Counted from the first letter of the whole stretch, positions 28,164-42,776 are shown. The stretch is 61,621 nt of DNA, filler included, from Pirum gemmata (GCA_002812295.1; 20 parts of 20 records of this genome joined end to end with filler, not necessarily neighbours in it); one strand, 5' to 3'. The notes: generated by a model from the sequence alone, not told the origin. Numbers and translations are program-made.

Positions 28164-28586
28164 CCTACCCCTTGACGCGATGTAGTCATGTTGTCTATTA
28201 TTTGACTATCATATTATTTGAACGGTGCTCCCTAATCAGATAGAATAATAGGACAGTTTTTTTATCGTAATTCAAAGATTTCTTTTTCCGTATTTCTTTT
28301 TCCTGAGGTTTGCGTATTTTCAAGGCTGAGGCAACCTGGACCTGATATAGGCATTGGACATCTGTTCTGAACTTCTGACATCTGTTATCAGTAGTGTTAT
28401 AACCTGGTTATAACTTATAACAGTGTTATAACTGTAGCGGACATCAGCTAATGGACATATATGTACAAGTAAATGGCGTATATTTTAAACGCACAAAAAG
28501 TCTACTGAATATACTGAATATAGCTGAATATTCATCATCTTTTTAGCTACGATATCTCATTTCAGTATAATTTCCTGATAATTTTT

Positions 28587-29540
28587 CCTCTTCGTTGATT
28601 ACTAAATTATTAAAAAAATTTTGATTCGAATTATTTATATAAATAGACAATCGATACATTATTATGAATTTATGATGTACATTATAGTATATATATAGTC
28701 ATATGCACACAGTTATTAAACGCCGAATAGACGGTCAACCAGTTTTAGGCTGTACCCAGCTTCAGATATGATATATAATAATAATAATTTTAATAATTAA
28801 TATATGCGCGTTATAGCGTTATAATAATAATAATAACAATAATAAGTATAATATCATTAAACCTCTTCGTTCATTACAATTAAAATTCTCCAAAATTTTG
28901 ATTCGCATTATTTATATAAATAGACTATCGATACATCATTATGAATTTATGATGTACAAATAATATACACACACAGTTATCGATATTAGACGCCGAATAG
29001 ACGGTCTACCAGTTTTAGGCGGTACCCAGCTTCAGATATATAAAATAATATCGATAATACTTTTTTAAAAAATAATTAGTATAAAAATATAATATTATGA
29101 GCGTTTAATATTATAGCGTTATTATAAAAATAATAATAATAACCTCTTCGTAGATTACTAAATTCTCCAAAATTTTGATTCGCATTATTTATATAAATAG
29201 ACTATCGATACATCATTATGAATTTATGATGCACATACATATATATAATATTATAATAATATTTTTAATAATTAATATATGAGCGTTATAGGCTTATAGC
29301 GTGTTATAATAATAACAATAATAATATCCTCTTNTACTAAATTCTCCAAAATTTTGATTCGCATTATTTATATAAATAGACTATCGATACATCATTATGA
29401 ATTTATGATTTACATATTATATATACACGCAGTTATTAGACATCGAATAGACAGTCTACCGGTTTTAGGTGGTAATGATTTTAAAAAACAATTAATATAT
29501 GAGCGTTATCAGTGAGCGTTATAAGTGCGTTATAGCGTTA
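28587..29540. repeat. Four-copy tandem repeat (units start ~28587, 28862, 29143, 29328)
   Basis: Recurrent CCTCTT...AAATTTTGATTCG(A/C)ATTATTTATATAAATAGAC...GAATAGAC(G/A)GTC...GCGTTAT; periods ~275, 281 and 185 bp. Confidence 0.9.
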
Positions 29541-30089
29541 TTTACAATAATAATAATAATAATAATTTTTTACATAGACTGTCGCGTTCTGAGGATCCTA
29601 CGATGACTTACGTACCTTATTTCCAACTTTGGTACTAAAATCTGTAATTTTGGTATTTTTATCAAATTTGGTGTTTAAATTTGCAAAAATAGTAAGTAAT
29701 TTGAAAAATATAGGGTTTTTTCTTTTTTCTCTAGGGCAAGTAGGGGTTTTTCTATAATTTTTAATATGCTTAATATGGAGATTTTTATACATATGTAGGG
29801 TATTTCTAAATATGTAGGGTTTTCTGTGATTCAATTGGTAATTATTTTTGTAAACAAGACAGTTATTATTATTATTTTTATCAGTTGATATTTATTTATT
29901 ACAGTTATATCGTGCATTTCATTTATTTTGTCACTCCGAATATTTATTTGGAGGGTTATAATTTTTAAATTGACAATTTTAAATCAATGNNNNNNNNNNN
30001 NNNNNNNNNNNNNNNNNNNNNNNNNNNNNNNNNTTAATTAATTAANNNNNNNNNNNNNNNNNNNNNNNNNNNNNNNNNNNNNNNNNNNN

Positions 30090-30120
<31 letters not shown>

Positions 30121-30175
30121 TAATCAAATAAATAAATTATTATTAAACAAATAAATTTATATAATATTAACAAAC

Positions 30176-32699
30176 CATCGCAGGATTTACGCATGAAATT
30201 TTTAACAAGTTGTGGTATTCTTGAAAGAATGTATAAAATGGCCGAAATCTATACAAAAATATTTAATTATATTAGTATTAGCGTTGGGTTAGGGTGGGGT
30301 GGGAGTAGGGATAAGTGGAGGCGTAGGTGTAGGTAGTATTGGTATTATTATTAGTGTGAGTGTTAGTATTACTATTGGTATTAGTATTGAGTATTGGTGT
30401 TAGTGGTATTAGTGTGCCAGTATACTAATATTTAATATTACGAATATTGACATTAGTATTGGTATTGATAATTGTCTTAGTATTAGTAAATCAGAATATT
30501 ACTATCTAATAGTACCATATTTGTATCTGCATTGGTATTAGTATTAGTATTAGTATTAGTGTTAGTACTAATGTTAGTACTAATGACAGTATTAATATTG
30601 GTAATAGTATTAGTATTAGTATTAGATACTAGTAAATTAATATTTAATAGGATTGGTATTGGTATTGGTAATAGTATTAATAATAGTATTAATATAAATA
30701 TTAATATTGACATTAATATTACTATTACTATTACTATTACTATTACTATTACTATTACTATTACTATTACTAATACTATTACCGTTACCATTACTATTAC
30801 TATTACTATTATTATTACTATTACTATTATTATTATTATTATTATTACTATTACTATTACTATTACTATTACCATTATCATTACTATTACTATTACTNAT
30901 ATTGCTATTACTATTGCTATTTCTATTACTATTACTATTACTATTAATATCACTACAACGCCAACGCGAACTAGTACTATTACTATTACTAGTAGGATTA
31001 GGATTAGGGTTAGGGTTAGGGTTAGGACTATTACTATTACTATTACTATTACTATTACTATTACTATTACTATTGCTATTACTATTACTATTATTATTAC
31101 TATTACTATTATTATAACTATTACTATTACTATTACTATTGCTATTACTATTACTATTACTATTACTATTATTACTATTACTATTACTATTACTATTACT
31201 ATTACTATTACTATTACTATTATTATTATTATTACTATTACTATTACAATTACTATTACCATTACTATTACTATTACTGTTAGTATTACTATTAGTATTA
31301 CTATTACTATTACTATTACTATTGCTATTGCTATTGCTATTGCTATTACTATTACTATTACTATTACTATTGCTATTGCTATTGCTATTGCTATTACTAT
31401 TACTATTACTATTACTATTACTATTACTATTCGGTGTTGATATCAGAAAATTAAAATTACCCATCCGAAAATTGCTCCAATCCAGCACTTATATGGACCG
31501 GCCATACCTATTTACATAACATAATAATCAATTAGAAAAAACAATAAATAATAGTAGTGGTAGTAATGACAGTAACAGTAATAGTAATAGTAATAGTAAT
31601 AGTAATAGTAACAGTAATAGTAATAGTAATAGCAATAGCAATAGCAATAGTTATAGTAATAGTAATAGTAATAGTAATAGTAATAGTAATAGTAATAGTA
31701 ATAGTAATAGTAATAGTAATAGTAAAATTAATAGTAATAGTAATAGTAATAGTAATAGTAATAGTGATAGTAATAGTGATAGTAATAGTAATAGTAATAG
31801 TAATAGTAGTAAGTAATTTATAATAGAGTGTAATCGAATTAGTAATTAGTAATAGTAATAAATAATAGAAATAGTAATAGAAATAGTAATAGTAATTATA
31901 ATAGAAATAGTAATATTAATAGTAATAGTAATAGTAATAGAAATATTATNTAATAATAGTAGTAATAATAGTAATAATAGTAGTAATAATAGTAATAGTA
32001 ATAGTAATAGTAATAGTAATAATAATAGTAATAGTAATAGTAATAGTAATAGTAATAGTAATAGTAATAGTAATAGTAATAGTAATAGTAATAGTAATGG
32101 TAATGGTAATGTTAATGTTAATGTTAATGTTAATGTTAATGTTAATGGCAATAAAAATAACAATACTAAATACTGACACTGACACTAATAACAACACTAT
32201 TTCTAATACTAATACTAATATTAATATTAATACTAATAATAATAATAATAATAATAAAACTAAATACACATTAAAAATAAAAATAAAATAAAACGAAAAA
32301 AATAGATTGTACATACATGCATCCGGGTCAATATCAGGATCGGATGATGACATTGTTGTAGTTGTAGTTTGTGTTGTTATAGTCCCTTTTCCGACAACTT
32401 TATCCCACACTCCATTCAAATACCCAGTTTCATCTCTATAAGGCTCGATAATTTCTTCAGGGTTAATACCTAATAATACTCGATTCGAAACTATATTAGG
32501 CTCGTTATGACCAACATTAATAGTATAGTTATCAACAATATTAGAAGCGTTGTTATAATAATGATGGACTCCTAAAGTAGACCCTGCTCCTACTAATAAT
32601 AAAACAGTAAAAAGAGATGAGGCTTGATTACGGTTGTTATGGTTTCTATTTGTATTCGCACCCATATTTCTAGGTGAACTTATTCCTTGATAAAAATCT
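30176..32699 (-). CDS. PQ-loop repeat transporter (PQLC2/LAAT-1/YPQ-like), partial; exons 32699-32317, 31507-31461, 30248-30176
   Basis: Phase-matched GT-AG joins give ...SSLFTVLLLVGAGSTLG...DPDA-C-MAGPYKCWIGAIFGW-ISAILYILSRIPQLVKNFMRKSCDG. This is the GW...LY..SRIPQ..KN..RKS..G signature of the second PQ loop. Donors GTATGT, GTAATT, GTTTGT. Confidence 0.9.
30720..32100. repeat. Inverted hexamer arrays (ACTATT)n at ~30720-31432 and (AATAGT)n at ~31570-32100 flanking a 47-nt exon
   Basis: Direct reading; both arrays are intronic to the PQ-loop gene. Confidence 0.92.
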
Positions 32700-32856
32700 C
32701 TGTTATATATATATAATAATTAATTAATTAATCAATTAGTAATAATTAATAATAATNNNNNNNNNNNNNNNNNNNNNNNNNNNNNNNNNNNNNNNNNNNN
32801 TTAATTAATTAANNNNNNNNNNNNNNNNNNNNNNNNNNNNNNNNNNNNNNNNNNNN

Positions 32857-33054
32857 AAAGTCAGACAAAAGAAAGAAAGAGATGCTTCAACAAGAAGTAC
32901 AACTGAAACAATAAGAAGATTGTGTATTGTGTGTAGGTCAAAGAAAAGTACTAATATTTTCAGCTTATGTACTAAGCATATATGTAGTGCAAAGCAAAAT
33001 GAACAATCTTTTAGAGCACATATCCAAGACCATACTATACAAATAATATTTTAA
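32857..33054 (+). pseudogene. Possible piggyBac transposase C-terminal cysteine-rich domain relic
   Basis: Frame from the scaffold start reads RRLCIVCRSKKSTNIFSLCTKHICSAKQNEQSFRAH, fitting RxCxxC...T.xCxxC...LC...CF..H with two Cys lost. Confidence 0.4.
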
Positions 33055-34472
33055 ATTAATAAATAATATAGCAAACTTATAACAATAACAATATTAATAT
33101 TATTAACTATATTATCTATGTTAACAATGTAAACAATTTGTGTATATTAACAAAATTAATTGACAATGTTAACACTGTTAACAACGTTAATAACAGCAAT
33201 AATTAATGAGAACATATTATAATACTGTATAATAAAAATAGTGACAACATTAACAATGTACCTTTCGAAGTTCGAACAAGCATTTTTTTTGCAAAGTGGT
33301 AAAAAAAGCTGCTGAGCTCGAAAATGTTACTCATTTTTAGTGAGCATCAATATTTCTTATCAAGAACAAAACAAAACCAATAAAAAACACAATAAAAAAA
33401 GAGCTCGAACCAAAAAAAAAGAAAAAAATAGTCTAACTTCATAATAATAATTTTTTTTTTGGGGGGGGGGGCCGCGCCGTCCAAATCTTGGGTCGACGCC
33501 CTATGCAATACCAAGGTCGGTGCCGTAGACTAACTTAGAACTACTAGCTAGCTAGCTAGCTAGTAGTAGAGAAGCTTAGACTAATTTAGGAAAAGGAAGT
33601 TAGCTAGCTAGCTAGCTAGCTAGCTGTTAGTTAGAACTTAGAAAGTACCTAGCTAGAACTCTTAGAACTAGCTAGCTAGCTACTAGTAGCTAGTAGCCTG
33701 TAGGAACTTAGAAGAGTAAATTATTACCTGCTGGTGATGTTCCGAGATTTTAACTGGAGGACAAAATAGTAACAAAATGTTGTTTGACTGCATTTTCGCA
33801 AATGAAAATTCCCAAAACGTCAATGATCCCTCCCTAATAAACTTGATTGGCTACAGTGAGTAAATCTGAAATGGTATTTTAATTTATTAACTACTAACAC
33901 TCTACTAACTTTTTCTCTTTCCCAAAACTTTTTCCGACTTGTAGTCTGTAGAGTACAGAGTCGTATTTTTATTGTTAATAGTTTTTGGTCGTTTTTTTGT
34001 ATTGATATAGGCCTATTTATTCTACTATCATAATTTTTTAATTATCTCTTCCCATTCATTTTGTTCTATCATGATATTATATTCCAAAGGTTGTTTAGGC
34101 TAGTTGTTTAGGCTTTTGTTTTGAGGTTTCGAGGGGGTTTCTTCATATGTTTTCTTCCTCTATACCTGTTACTATATCGATAGCTAGCTATCAAGTCTAG
34201 CTATGATATCGATAGTAGGTATTGATAGCTCCTATACTGCTCCTATGATACTGTAATAAATAGGTAGCATAATAATATTATGTTTTTCACTTTTTCATGG
34301 ACCACATTCTTCTGTCACTTACAACTTACCCAATTGACATATGCTACCTATTTGTTATTCGGAACACTATCTGATTACTATCTGATTCTACTCTGATTCT
34401 ACTAGAGACTGCATTACCTGTTCTGCGATAGACTACCTGAACTGATACAGCTACTGATACCTGGTTAATTTT

Positions 34473-34706
34473 AGTAGGGGTGAGATGACGTCATTTTACT
34501 AATACCGAACAACTGCCGGAAAAGTTCCGATTTTATGGTTTTATTACTATTAATGTTAATATTATTATTTTAATTGGTATCTGCTATAATTGTATTTACT
34601 ATTTTAAAAGCTATTTAACTAATATTATTAGTAAGAAACACGGAACTAAGGTTGGTTCGATAAGCATCTGTTCGAAAAAAGTTCCAGTAGATATCTCACC
34701 CCTACT
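34473..34706. mobile_element. MITE family A, TSD TTAATTTT/CTAATTTT (7/8)
   Basis: Perfect 14-bp TIRs and the family interior. Confidence 0.93.
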
Positions 34707-35081
34707 CTAATTTTACAGCTAATTTTACAGTAACTACTGGCGGGGGTCTAACGGTATAATAACAGTTCTTCTATATGTATGATATATAACTTATCCTGCG
34801 ACTTATCCTGGGGTTCTTGCTTATAAGTTATTAGAGTGAGGTTCTTGCTTATAAATTATTAGAGTGATATGATTATTTATATATCACGGCCACCTAACTA
34901 CAAAGGCGGCCGTGAATACAGGGATGTGATAGAGTCCTGACTCCTGAGTGATAGAGTATCTACTGGTAGTCTCTAGCTAGCTAGCAGGTAGTCTATACAA
35001 CTTTATTATATCAATAATATTATCATATCATGATAATACAAGTTCTCTACTAGCTAGGGATAATATTGATAATACAGCAGA

Positions 35082-35364
35082 TAGACTTCTCCGAATTCTG
35101 CCCGGGCAGAATTTGGCTTTCCCCTCTAACTCGATCAAAAATTAATTTTTTGAAAAAAAAAAAAGGAAATTGATTCTATGATACATACCACTATAAAAAC
35201 ATAAGCTATAACTTTTCGAGCCTATGTATTTATAAATAAACTCGAAAATATTAATTTCGAACAGACCAAACAGACCAAACAGACCAGAAATTCTGCTCGG
35301 CAGAAATCGAGCTTTTCGGGGCAGAAGATAGTCGAGTTTTAGGGGCAGAATTCGGAGAAGTCTA
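35082..35364. mobile_element. MITE family E (hAT-type), 22-bp perfect TIR TAGACTTCTCCGAATTCTGCCC, 8-bp TSD ACAGCAGA
   Basis: TSD at 35074-35081 and 35365-35372; subterminal GCAGAAT/ATTCTGC motifs; a second copy in reverse orientation at ~50372-50619. Confidence 0.95.
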
Positions 35365-36183
35365 ACAGCAGATGCGAGAATCTTGAGAATTTGGCGAATC
35401 TTCAATCCCCAATGTAGATTTCAAAAAAGTGTACAAAATTATCATATATAAGGCATATATTATATACAATACCGGTAGTCTAGTACCGGTAGTGCATCCA
35501 GACACCAGTTAGTGATTCTCAATAGAGCCTATTTGGTAAACGAGAGTCGGGTAGGGAGTCTAGCTAGTTCTAGCTATCATAGCTATGATAGTATTACTAC
35601 TCTACAAGGACTTCATACTCAATCATAATAATATTATCATATCATAATAAATATAATAAATATAATAAATATAAATATANNNNNNNNNNNNNNNNNNNNN
35701 NNNNNNNNNNNNNNNNNNNNNNNTTAATTAATTAANNNNNNNNNNNNNNNNNNNNNNNNNNNNNNNNNNNNNNNNNNNNCCCGCTAACCCTAACCCTAAC
35801 CCTAACCCTAACCCTAACCCTAACCCTAACCCTAATCCTAACCCTAACCCTAACCCTAATCCTAATCCTAATCCTAACCCTAACCCTAATCCTAACCCTA
35901 ACCCTAACCCTAACCCTAACCCTAACCCTAACCCTAACTTTAACCCTAACCCTAACCCTGAGCAGAGGCTACTGAAAGAGAGAACTAAGAGAGAGCTGCT
36001 TCTCATCACTCTGAATATTTATTTGGAGGGTTATAATATTTAAATGTACATTGTTAAATAAATAAATAGATAATAAAAAACACCAAATTAAATTAAATGG
36101 TTCATATTGAATTACGTTGGTACTATTTATTGTATATTTTATGATGATAAAACAATCCGAAACTATTTTCTCGTCTATTAATA

Positions 36184-36362
36184 TGGTGCGAATAATTTAA
36201 AAACGTCCAACTTTTGGGTTTACTAGAATTTTCAGTGTTCGAATGCAAGTAATATAATAATAATTATTTAATAGATTTGAAATTTTCGAATATACACCAA
36301 AAAAGGTAGGGCTTTTTTAAAATTAATAAAAAAAGTTAGACGTTTTTAGATTATTGGCACCA
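36184..36362. mobile_element. MITE family F (Tc1/mariner-like), ~32-bp TIR, TA TSD
   Basis: TA|TGGTGCGAATAATTTAAAAACGTCCAACTTTT ... AAAAGTTAGACGTTTTTAGATTATTGGCACCA|TA. A third copy at ~54488-54658 is cut off by a family B element. Confidence 0.85.
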
Positions 36363-37131
36363 TACTATATTTCAGTGTAAAATTGAACCTGTTTATAAAA
36401 TACAATATTAACTATAACATACCGAATTAATTAAAACATGCCCATTAGTTTTTCTATAAGGTATGTAAATAATTTCACTCTTCAAGGTCTCTCAGTTTAG
36501 TCTCTAGTTCACATGTACTGGCTAGGGTCTACTACTAGCTTTTCCTAAAACCCTAACCCTAACCTAACCCCAACCCTAACTAACCCTAACCCTAACCTTA
36601 ACCTAACCCTAACCTATAGCTTACTAACCCTAACCCTAACCCTAACACTAACCCTAACCCTAACCCTAACCCTAACCCTAACCCTAATTCTAACCCTAAT
36701 CCTAACCCTAATCCTAATCCTAACCCTAACCNNNNNNNNNNNNNNNNNNNNNNNNNNNNNNNNNNNNNNNNNNNNNNNNNNNNNNNNNNNNNNTAACCCT
36801 AACCCTAACCCTAACCCTAACCCTAACCCTAATCCTAACCCTAACCCTAACCCTAATCCTAATCCTAATCCTAACCCTAACCCTAATCCTAACCCTAACT
36901 CTAACTAGTTAACTCTAACCCTAATTGAAAACCATGCATATGCTTGAAAAACACAAACCCACCTTTTTCGATCCGGTCTACTTTCTATTAATAAGATAAA
37001 TTAAAATTAAACAATAGATAATAAATTGTATCAAAGTAAATTATGAAATAGGCTTCAAAGTTCAAATAGTCCACTAGCTAGCTAGCTAGACGAGAAGAAA
37101 AGGTTTTTGACTGGTTTTTGTGGGCGGACGG

Positions 37132-37279
37132 AGTAGGGGTGAGATGACGTCATTTTGTTATTACCGAACAGCTGCCAGAACTTTTCCGATTTTATGGTTT
37201 TTGTTACTATTAATGTTAATATTGTTACTTTATTTGGTACCTACCATAATTAGATTTACTATTTTAAGCTATTTAACTG
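37132..37279. mobile_element. Truncated MITE family A
   Basis: One TIR plus ~145 bp of interior, ending at the foldback element. Confidence 0.9.
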
Positions 37280-37281
37280 TT

Positions 37282-37509
37282 AAATCTGAAGATGGAATTA
37301 AATCTAGAAGGGTATTTTTGCCAACTAAGACATCTAGATTGGTATTTTTAGCCCTTAAAACCATCGTTTGAATCGATATTTTTTTTTGATCATTTATTTT
37401 GCTCAAAAAAAAAAGTGTATCCAGATGTCGATTAAAGAGTATAAAATACAAATCTAGATACCTTAGTTGAAAAAAATACCCTTCCAGATTCAATTCCGTA
37501 TTCAGATTT
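37282..37509. mobile_element. Foldback MITE with ~70-bp imperfect TIRs
   Basis: AAATCTGAAGATGGAATTAAATCTAGAAGGGTATTTTTGCCAACTAAGACATCTAGATT versus the reverse complement of AATCTAGATACCTTAGTTGAAAAAAATACCCTTCCAGATTCAATTCCGTATTCAGATTT. Confidence 0.8.
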
Positions 37510-39224
37510 TTCCGTCTAGACCTACCGGTGGGTAGTAAAATATATAATAGATTACCAAATTAATACAATATAAATCCATTTTATTTAATTTGGTATACTT
37601 TATAATATAATTATTCATTTAAAAAAGTCAATTTAAATATTATAACCAGCCAAATAAATATTTTATATAATTATGAAATCAAATATCAAGTTTGAAAAAT
37701 ATACATTATTATATAATATAAATACAAATTGTAATTTATTATTAAAGTGAATTTCCTTTTCGTATTGAGTATAATAACGGTCGCAAGTATGAAATTTATG
37801 TCATTATATTGGATTTGAATAATTAGGATTTAATGGATTTAATTAATTCGTTGGAATTATCCAATGTTGTATTATATTGTAACACGAAATTTGTCTGTAT
37901 TTTTGTTTGAGGACTTCCTAAATTTGACCATTTCTTCTTAATTTTATGTTTAGAATGGAATATTGACGCGTTAACATTAAACTTTCTATTCCCGTATTTA
38001 CTTCTTTTAAATATAATAATATTAATAAACACTCTACGAGTAAACCTGAGCGACCGTGTCTTGCCCGACAACGTTATCAACATTTATTAAATTTGCTAAT
38101 TTACAGTTAATTTACGCACTATTAATTATTATTATTAATATTATTATTATTATTAGTATATTATTATTATTATTAATATTATTATTATTATTACAAAACT
38201 CAAACATGAATGTATTTAATATAATATTAATAATGTTTTCTATTAATCATAATACACTTTTGAAAAATTTTAAGCAAAGTGAAGTGGCATGTTTTTGGTG
38301 TCATCACAATTTCGATACTATTACTACTATTATCAATACTGTTATTATTATAATATTATTATCACGCTTTTCATTTATTTTCTCCAAATATTTATTGGGA
38401 TGGTTATATTATTTACATTGGCATTTTTAAATTAATACTTATATAATAAAACATACCAAATTAAATTAAATGGACTTATATTGTATTAGTTTGGTACTAT
38501 TTATTGTATATTTTATGATGACAAAACAACTGAAAACCACACTACATGTGTAATTTATAAAAAAAAAAAAAAAAAAAAAAANNNNNNNNNNNNNNNNNNN
38601 NNNNNNNNNNNNNNNNNNNNNNNNNTTAATTAATTAANNNNNNNNNNNNNNNNNNNNNNNNNNNNNNNNNNNNNNNNNNNNATAGTATTCTTTTTTAAAA
38701 AATGAATAAATAAATAATAAATTATAAAATATATCTAAATAATTGAAATGGACTTGTATTGTTTTAATTGGGTACTTCATTCTATGTTTTATGTGGTATT
38801 TATATATTTATTTGGTGGGTTATAATCTTCATTGTATGTTTTATGAGGCCAAAATAACTTGAGAAACTCTATATATTTATTTTATAAATCACTCTGAATA
38901 TTTATTTGGTGGGTTATAATTTTTATAATAGTATTCTTTTTTAAAAAATGAATAAATAAATAATAAATTATAAAATATATCTAAATAATTGAAATGGACT
39001 TGTATTGTTTTAAAATTTGATACTCTTCATTGTCTGTTTAAATGATCTATTTCATATTTCATTACAGTTGCCCTCTCAATCTTTAATTTGGTACTGTTTA
39101 AGTGTATACAACATTAAGTATAAACTACCAAATTAATTAAAACTTGCCTGATAGTTTAGCCATAATAATTATTTCCAGACAAAACTATTGAAAAACACGA
39201 TACTATGATAGTAGTAGTAGTAGT

Positions 39225-39610
39225 ATCGATAGATAGTAGTAGCGTAAAAGTATTAATGACGTCATCATAAACACTACAGACCCACCCGTAGATAGTAGTA
39301 GTAGTAGTATCGATAGATAGTAGAAGTGTAAAAGTATTAATGACGTCATCATAAACACTACAGACCCACCCGTAGTAGTAATAGTATTTGGTACTGTTTA
39401 AGTGTATAATTGAACTTTTTTAAAAAATAAAATATTATGTATAACATACCAAATTAATTAAAACATGTCTGATAGTTTAGCCATAATAATTATTTGGTAT
39501 GTTTATTTCAGTTTTTGAACTGGACAACACTACAAATACTGATAGTTGTATGATAGATAGTAGTAGTGTAAAAGTATTAATGACGTCATCATAAACACCA
39601 CAGACCCGCC
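39225..39610. repeat. Three copies of a ~60-bp unit containing TGACGTCA
   Basis: GATAGATAGTAG...TAAAAGTATTAATGACGTCATCATAAACAC(T/C)ACAGACCC at ~39228, 39312 and 39552. Confidence 0.9.
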
Positions 39611-40321
39611 ACTTCTAAACAGTTTCTGGCCTTATCAGATTAAATTGCGAAGCCTTCGTATTGCAATGGGAATCTAGAAAAAGTGTATTTCAAAAAGTGA
39701 CGTCATTAATGAATGTTTCCATACAAAGGCATGAAAAAGTTCTAAAATTTTTAAAAAATAAAATAATCTTTATCGTGCTTTTTATTTATAGAAATATTGA
39801 GAACAAAAATAAAAGTAAAAATAAATAGCTGCAAAAATCTGCAAAAATTATTCATAGGAGAGTACAGGAGAATGGAGCACCACCCCCACTGATCATAATT
39901 ATAACCTCTCAACTCTGCTCAAACACGAAAACTCGAATTTCTGCTGTCAAAAAAAGCTAAAGTTCAGTTTCGTTCGAATTTTTTTTTTTCGTATTTTTCG
40001 GGTTTATTAATAAATAAATATATTTGAATACTTAATTATAAGCTTAAACATTTCGAACTTATTAATTAATAGATCTCGGTAGTTGTTTCAGAAATAAACA
40101 AAGCAGAATTCTAACACCGACGAATCGGCGACGATTCTTTGAAATTCTAAGCCGGGATTCTAAATTTTTTTTTTACAAGAATTTTAACGATCAAGAATTT
40201 CTAAACGATTTTTTTAATTTTTTACTGGTCTACTGACAGTTTGTGCAAATTTTAATCAACCAAAAAGAGGTCAAAGACTCTGGTCAAAGTTTTTTTCAGG
40301 GCAAAAATTAAACAACCTGGA

Positions 40322-40353
<32 letters not shown>

Positions 40354-41650
40354 CCAAAGTAACTAGCAGTTCTCTAGACAAGCCGGATAAAACTAGGTCT
40401 TCATGAATTACGTCAGATAATTAATATTTATTTGAATTGGTGGGTTTTAATTAATATATTATAATGTATATGATAATATATGAATATATATATGAACCCG
40501 GGTTAGGGTTAGGGTTAAGGTTAAGGTTAAGGTTAGGGTTAGGGTTAGGGAGTGTTAGGGTTACCGTTAGGGTTATGGTTAGGGTTAAGGTTAGGGTTAG
40601 AGTTAGGGTTAGGGAGTTGTTAGCGTTAGGGTTATTGTTAGGGTAGGGTCATATTATCCACATTGTGTTGCTGTTATGGAGATGATGATTATTATATATA
40701 AGTATAAAGATTAAGTCATGTTCTATATTATAATATATAATATTATACACACATTATAATATATATATTAAAATTTATAATTATATGTATAGTTGTCTTT
40801 TCATCATCTTCATAATAATAATAGCAATGAATATTATAATATATATTAATTATGTGCGTTTAAAGAAAGTCTAGTTACCTGCTGGGTCCCCACCCATGGG
40901 TCCATTTTAAGTCTTGGAGAACATTCATACAAAGAGTGCTCAGGCTTCGGTGAATGGGGTAGGCGATTTTGATGCAATGATGTATGATATCACCTAATTT
41001 TACCTTTGCCTTTTTGCCCAAAAGGTTTTTGGTCATATTTTTTTAAAAACACGTTTTACTATTAATTAAATATATATAATTATGCCCTAAATATTTTAAG
41101 TCACACTTTAGGTCAAGAATTTTTGTACAAGAGTGTACAAGAATAAGTGACGTGCGTATCGTTTAATTTTAAATGTTAAAAATGCAACCCTAATAATGTA
41201 AGTTATGTAACCATTTAATTTTTTTTATTTTGTTTGAATTAAAGATTGAGAGTACAACTGTAATAAAACAAACGATACCATTAATATTATTATGAAGAAA
41301 AAAACAGCAGCAAAACACTACAATATATAGATAATTATATCCAGTACAAAAAAACAAATCAGAGAAGATGCACATAGTGATGTAAACAAATAAGTTGAAA
41401 TAACGAATATATTACAAAAAAACTTAATAGTAAAACGTGGAAGAATAATGTAGTTTTTGATAAAACAATTAAAATAATAAATAATAATNNNNNNNNNNNN
41501 NNNNNNNNNNNNNNNNNNNNNNNNNNNNNNNNTTAATTAATTAANNNNNNNNNNNNNNNNNNNNNNNNNNNNNNNNNNNNNNNNNNNNACAACAACAACA
41601 ACAACAACAACAACACTAACAACAACAACACCAACAACATCAACAACACC

Positions 41651-41709
<59 letters not shown>

Positions 41710-42776
41710 ACACAAATATAAGCACAAGCACAAGCACAAGCACAAGCACAAGCACAAGCGTAGTATACTGGTAGTAATATTTCAAATTGTTGCAGAGTGA
41801 CGTCATACTGGTAGATATTTCAAATTGTTGCAAAGTGACGTCATAAATTGCTAGTTTTTTTGTTTTTTTGTACATGTATTTTCGTTCCTTTGTATGCATT
41901 TACATAATATTATTATGATTTATAATTTCTGATAGAGTATCGTTTATTTCATTACAGTTGCCCTCTCAATCTTTAATTTGGCAGTGTTTAAGTTTACAAT
42001 TGAACTTGTTTATAAAATACAACATTAAAAGTATAAAATGCCCAGATTGTTCCAAAGAGTTATCTTTAAAAAGGAAGTAAGGTAAGTATTGTTTAGGGAT
42101 GAGGTAAAGTTAGAGGTATAAGTTTTTAAGTGCAACTTAAAGCTAATATATTAGTCAGTCAAAGCTTTAAAAAGTTAAGTTAATTATTTGTTTATTTGTA
42201 GGTTTAGAACTATTGAATGTATTGAGGATAGCTGTTTTCATTGTGCTTTTCATTTATTTTGTCACTCCGCATTTTTATTTGCTTGGTTATAATATTTAAG
42301 CTGACATTTTTAAATGAATAAATAGATAATAAAATATACCAAATTAAATTAAATGGAATTATGTTACATTAATTTGGCACTCTTTATTGTATATTTTATG
42401 ATGACAATAGTTGGGGTAGTTGACTTATCATAGCTTTAGTATGATATGATATGATAGCTACGATAGCTACTAGCTAGCTAGCTATCGATATCTAGCTAGC
42501 TAGTAATCCCCCCCCCCGGTCTAGCTAGAGTAGAGTGTAGAGAGCTACAGTAGGTTAGTCGTTGAAGACCGGGTTGTTGGCTGGGGTTGTTGGGTCTTTG
42601 TTGGGGTTCGGTCTCTAGACTAGCTAGCTACTAACGGTCTCTAGCTAGCTAGACTATCGATAACTAATGTATGTAGTCCAGCTAGCTAGCTAGTCCTACG
42701 TATGATACCAGGTCCGAGCGTACACTCTACCTAGTAGCTAGCTAGCTAGACTGTCTAGCTAGTATCGATATGCTAT

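Noticed and set aside
35780..35958. (CCCTAA)n at a scaffold start as a true telomere
   Set aside because: It begins with non-repeat bases and mixes variant units. Equivalent arrays are internal or intronic elsewhere, and assemblies break at such repeats.
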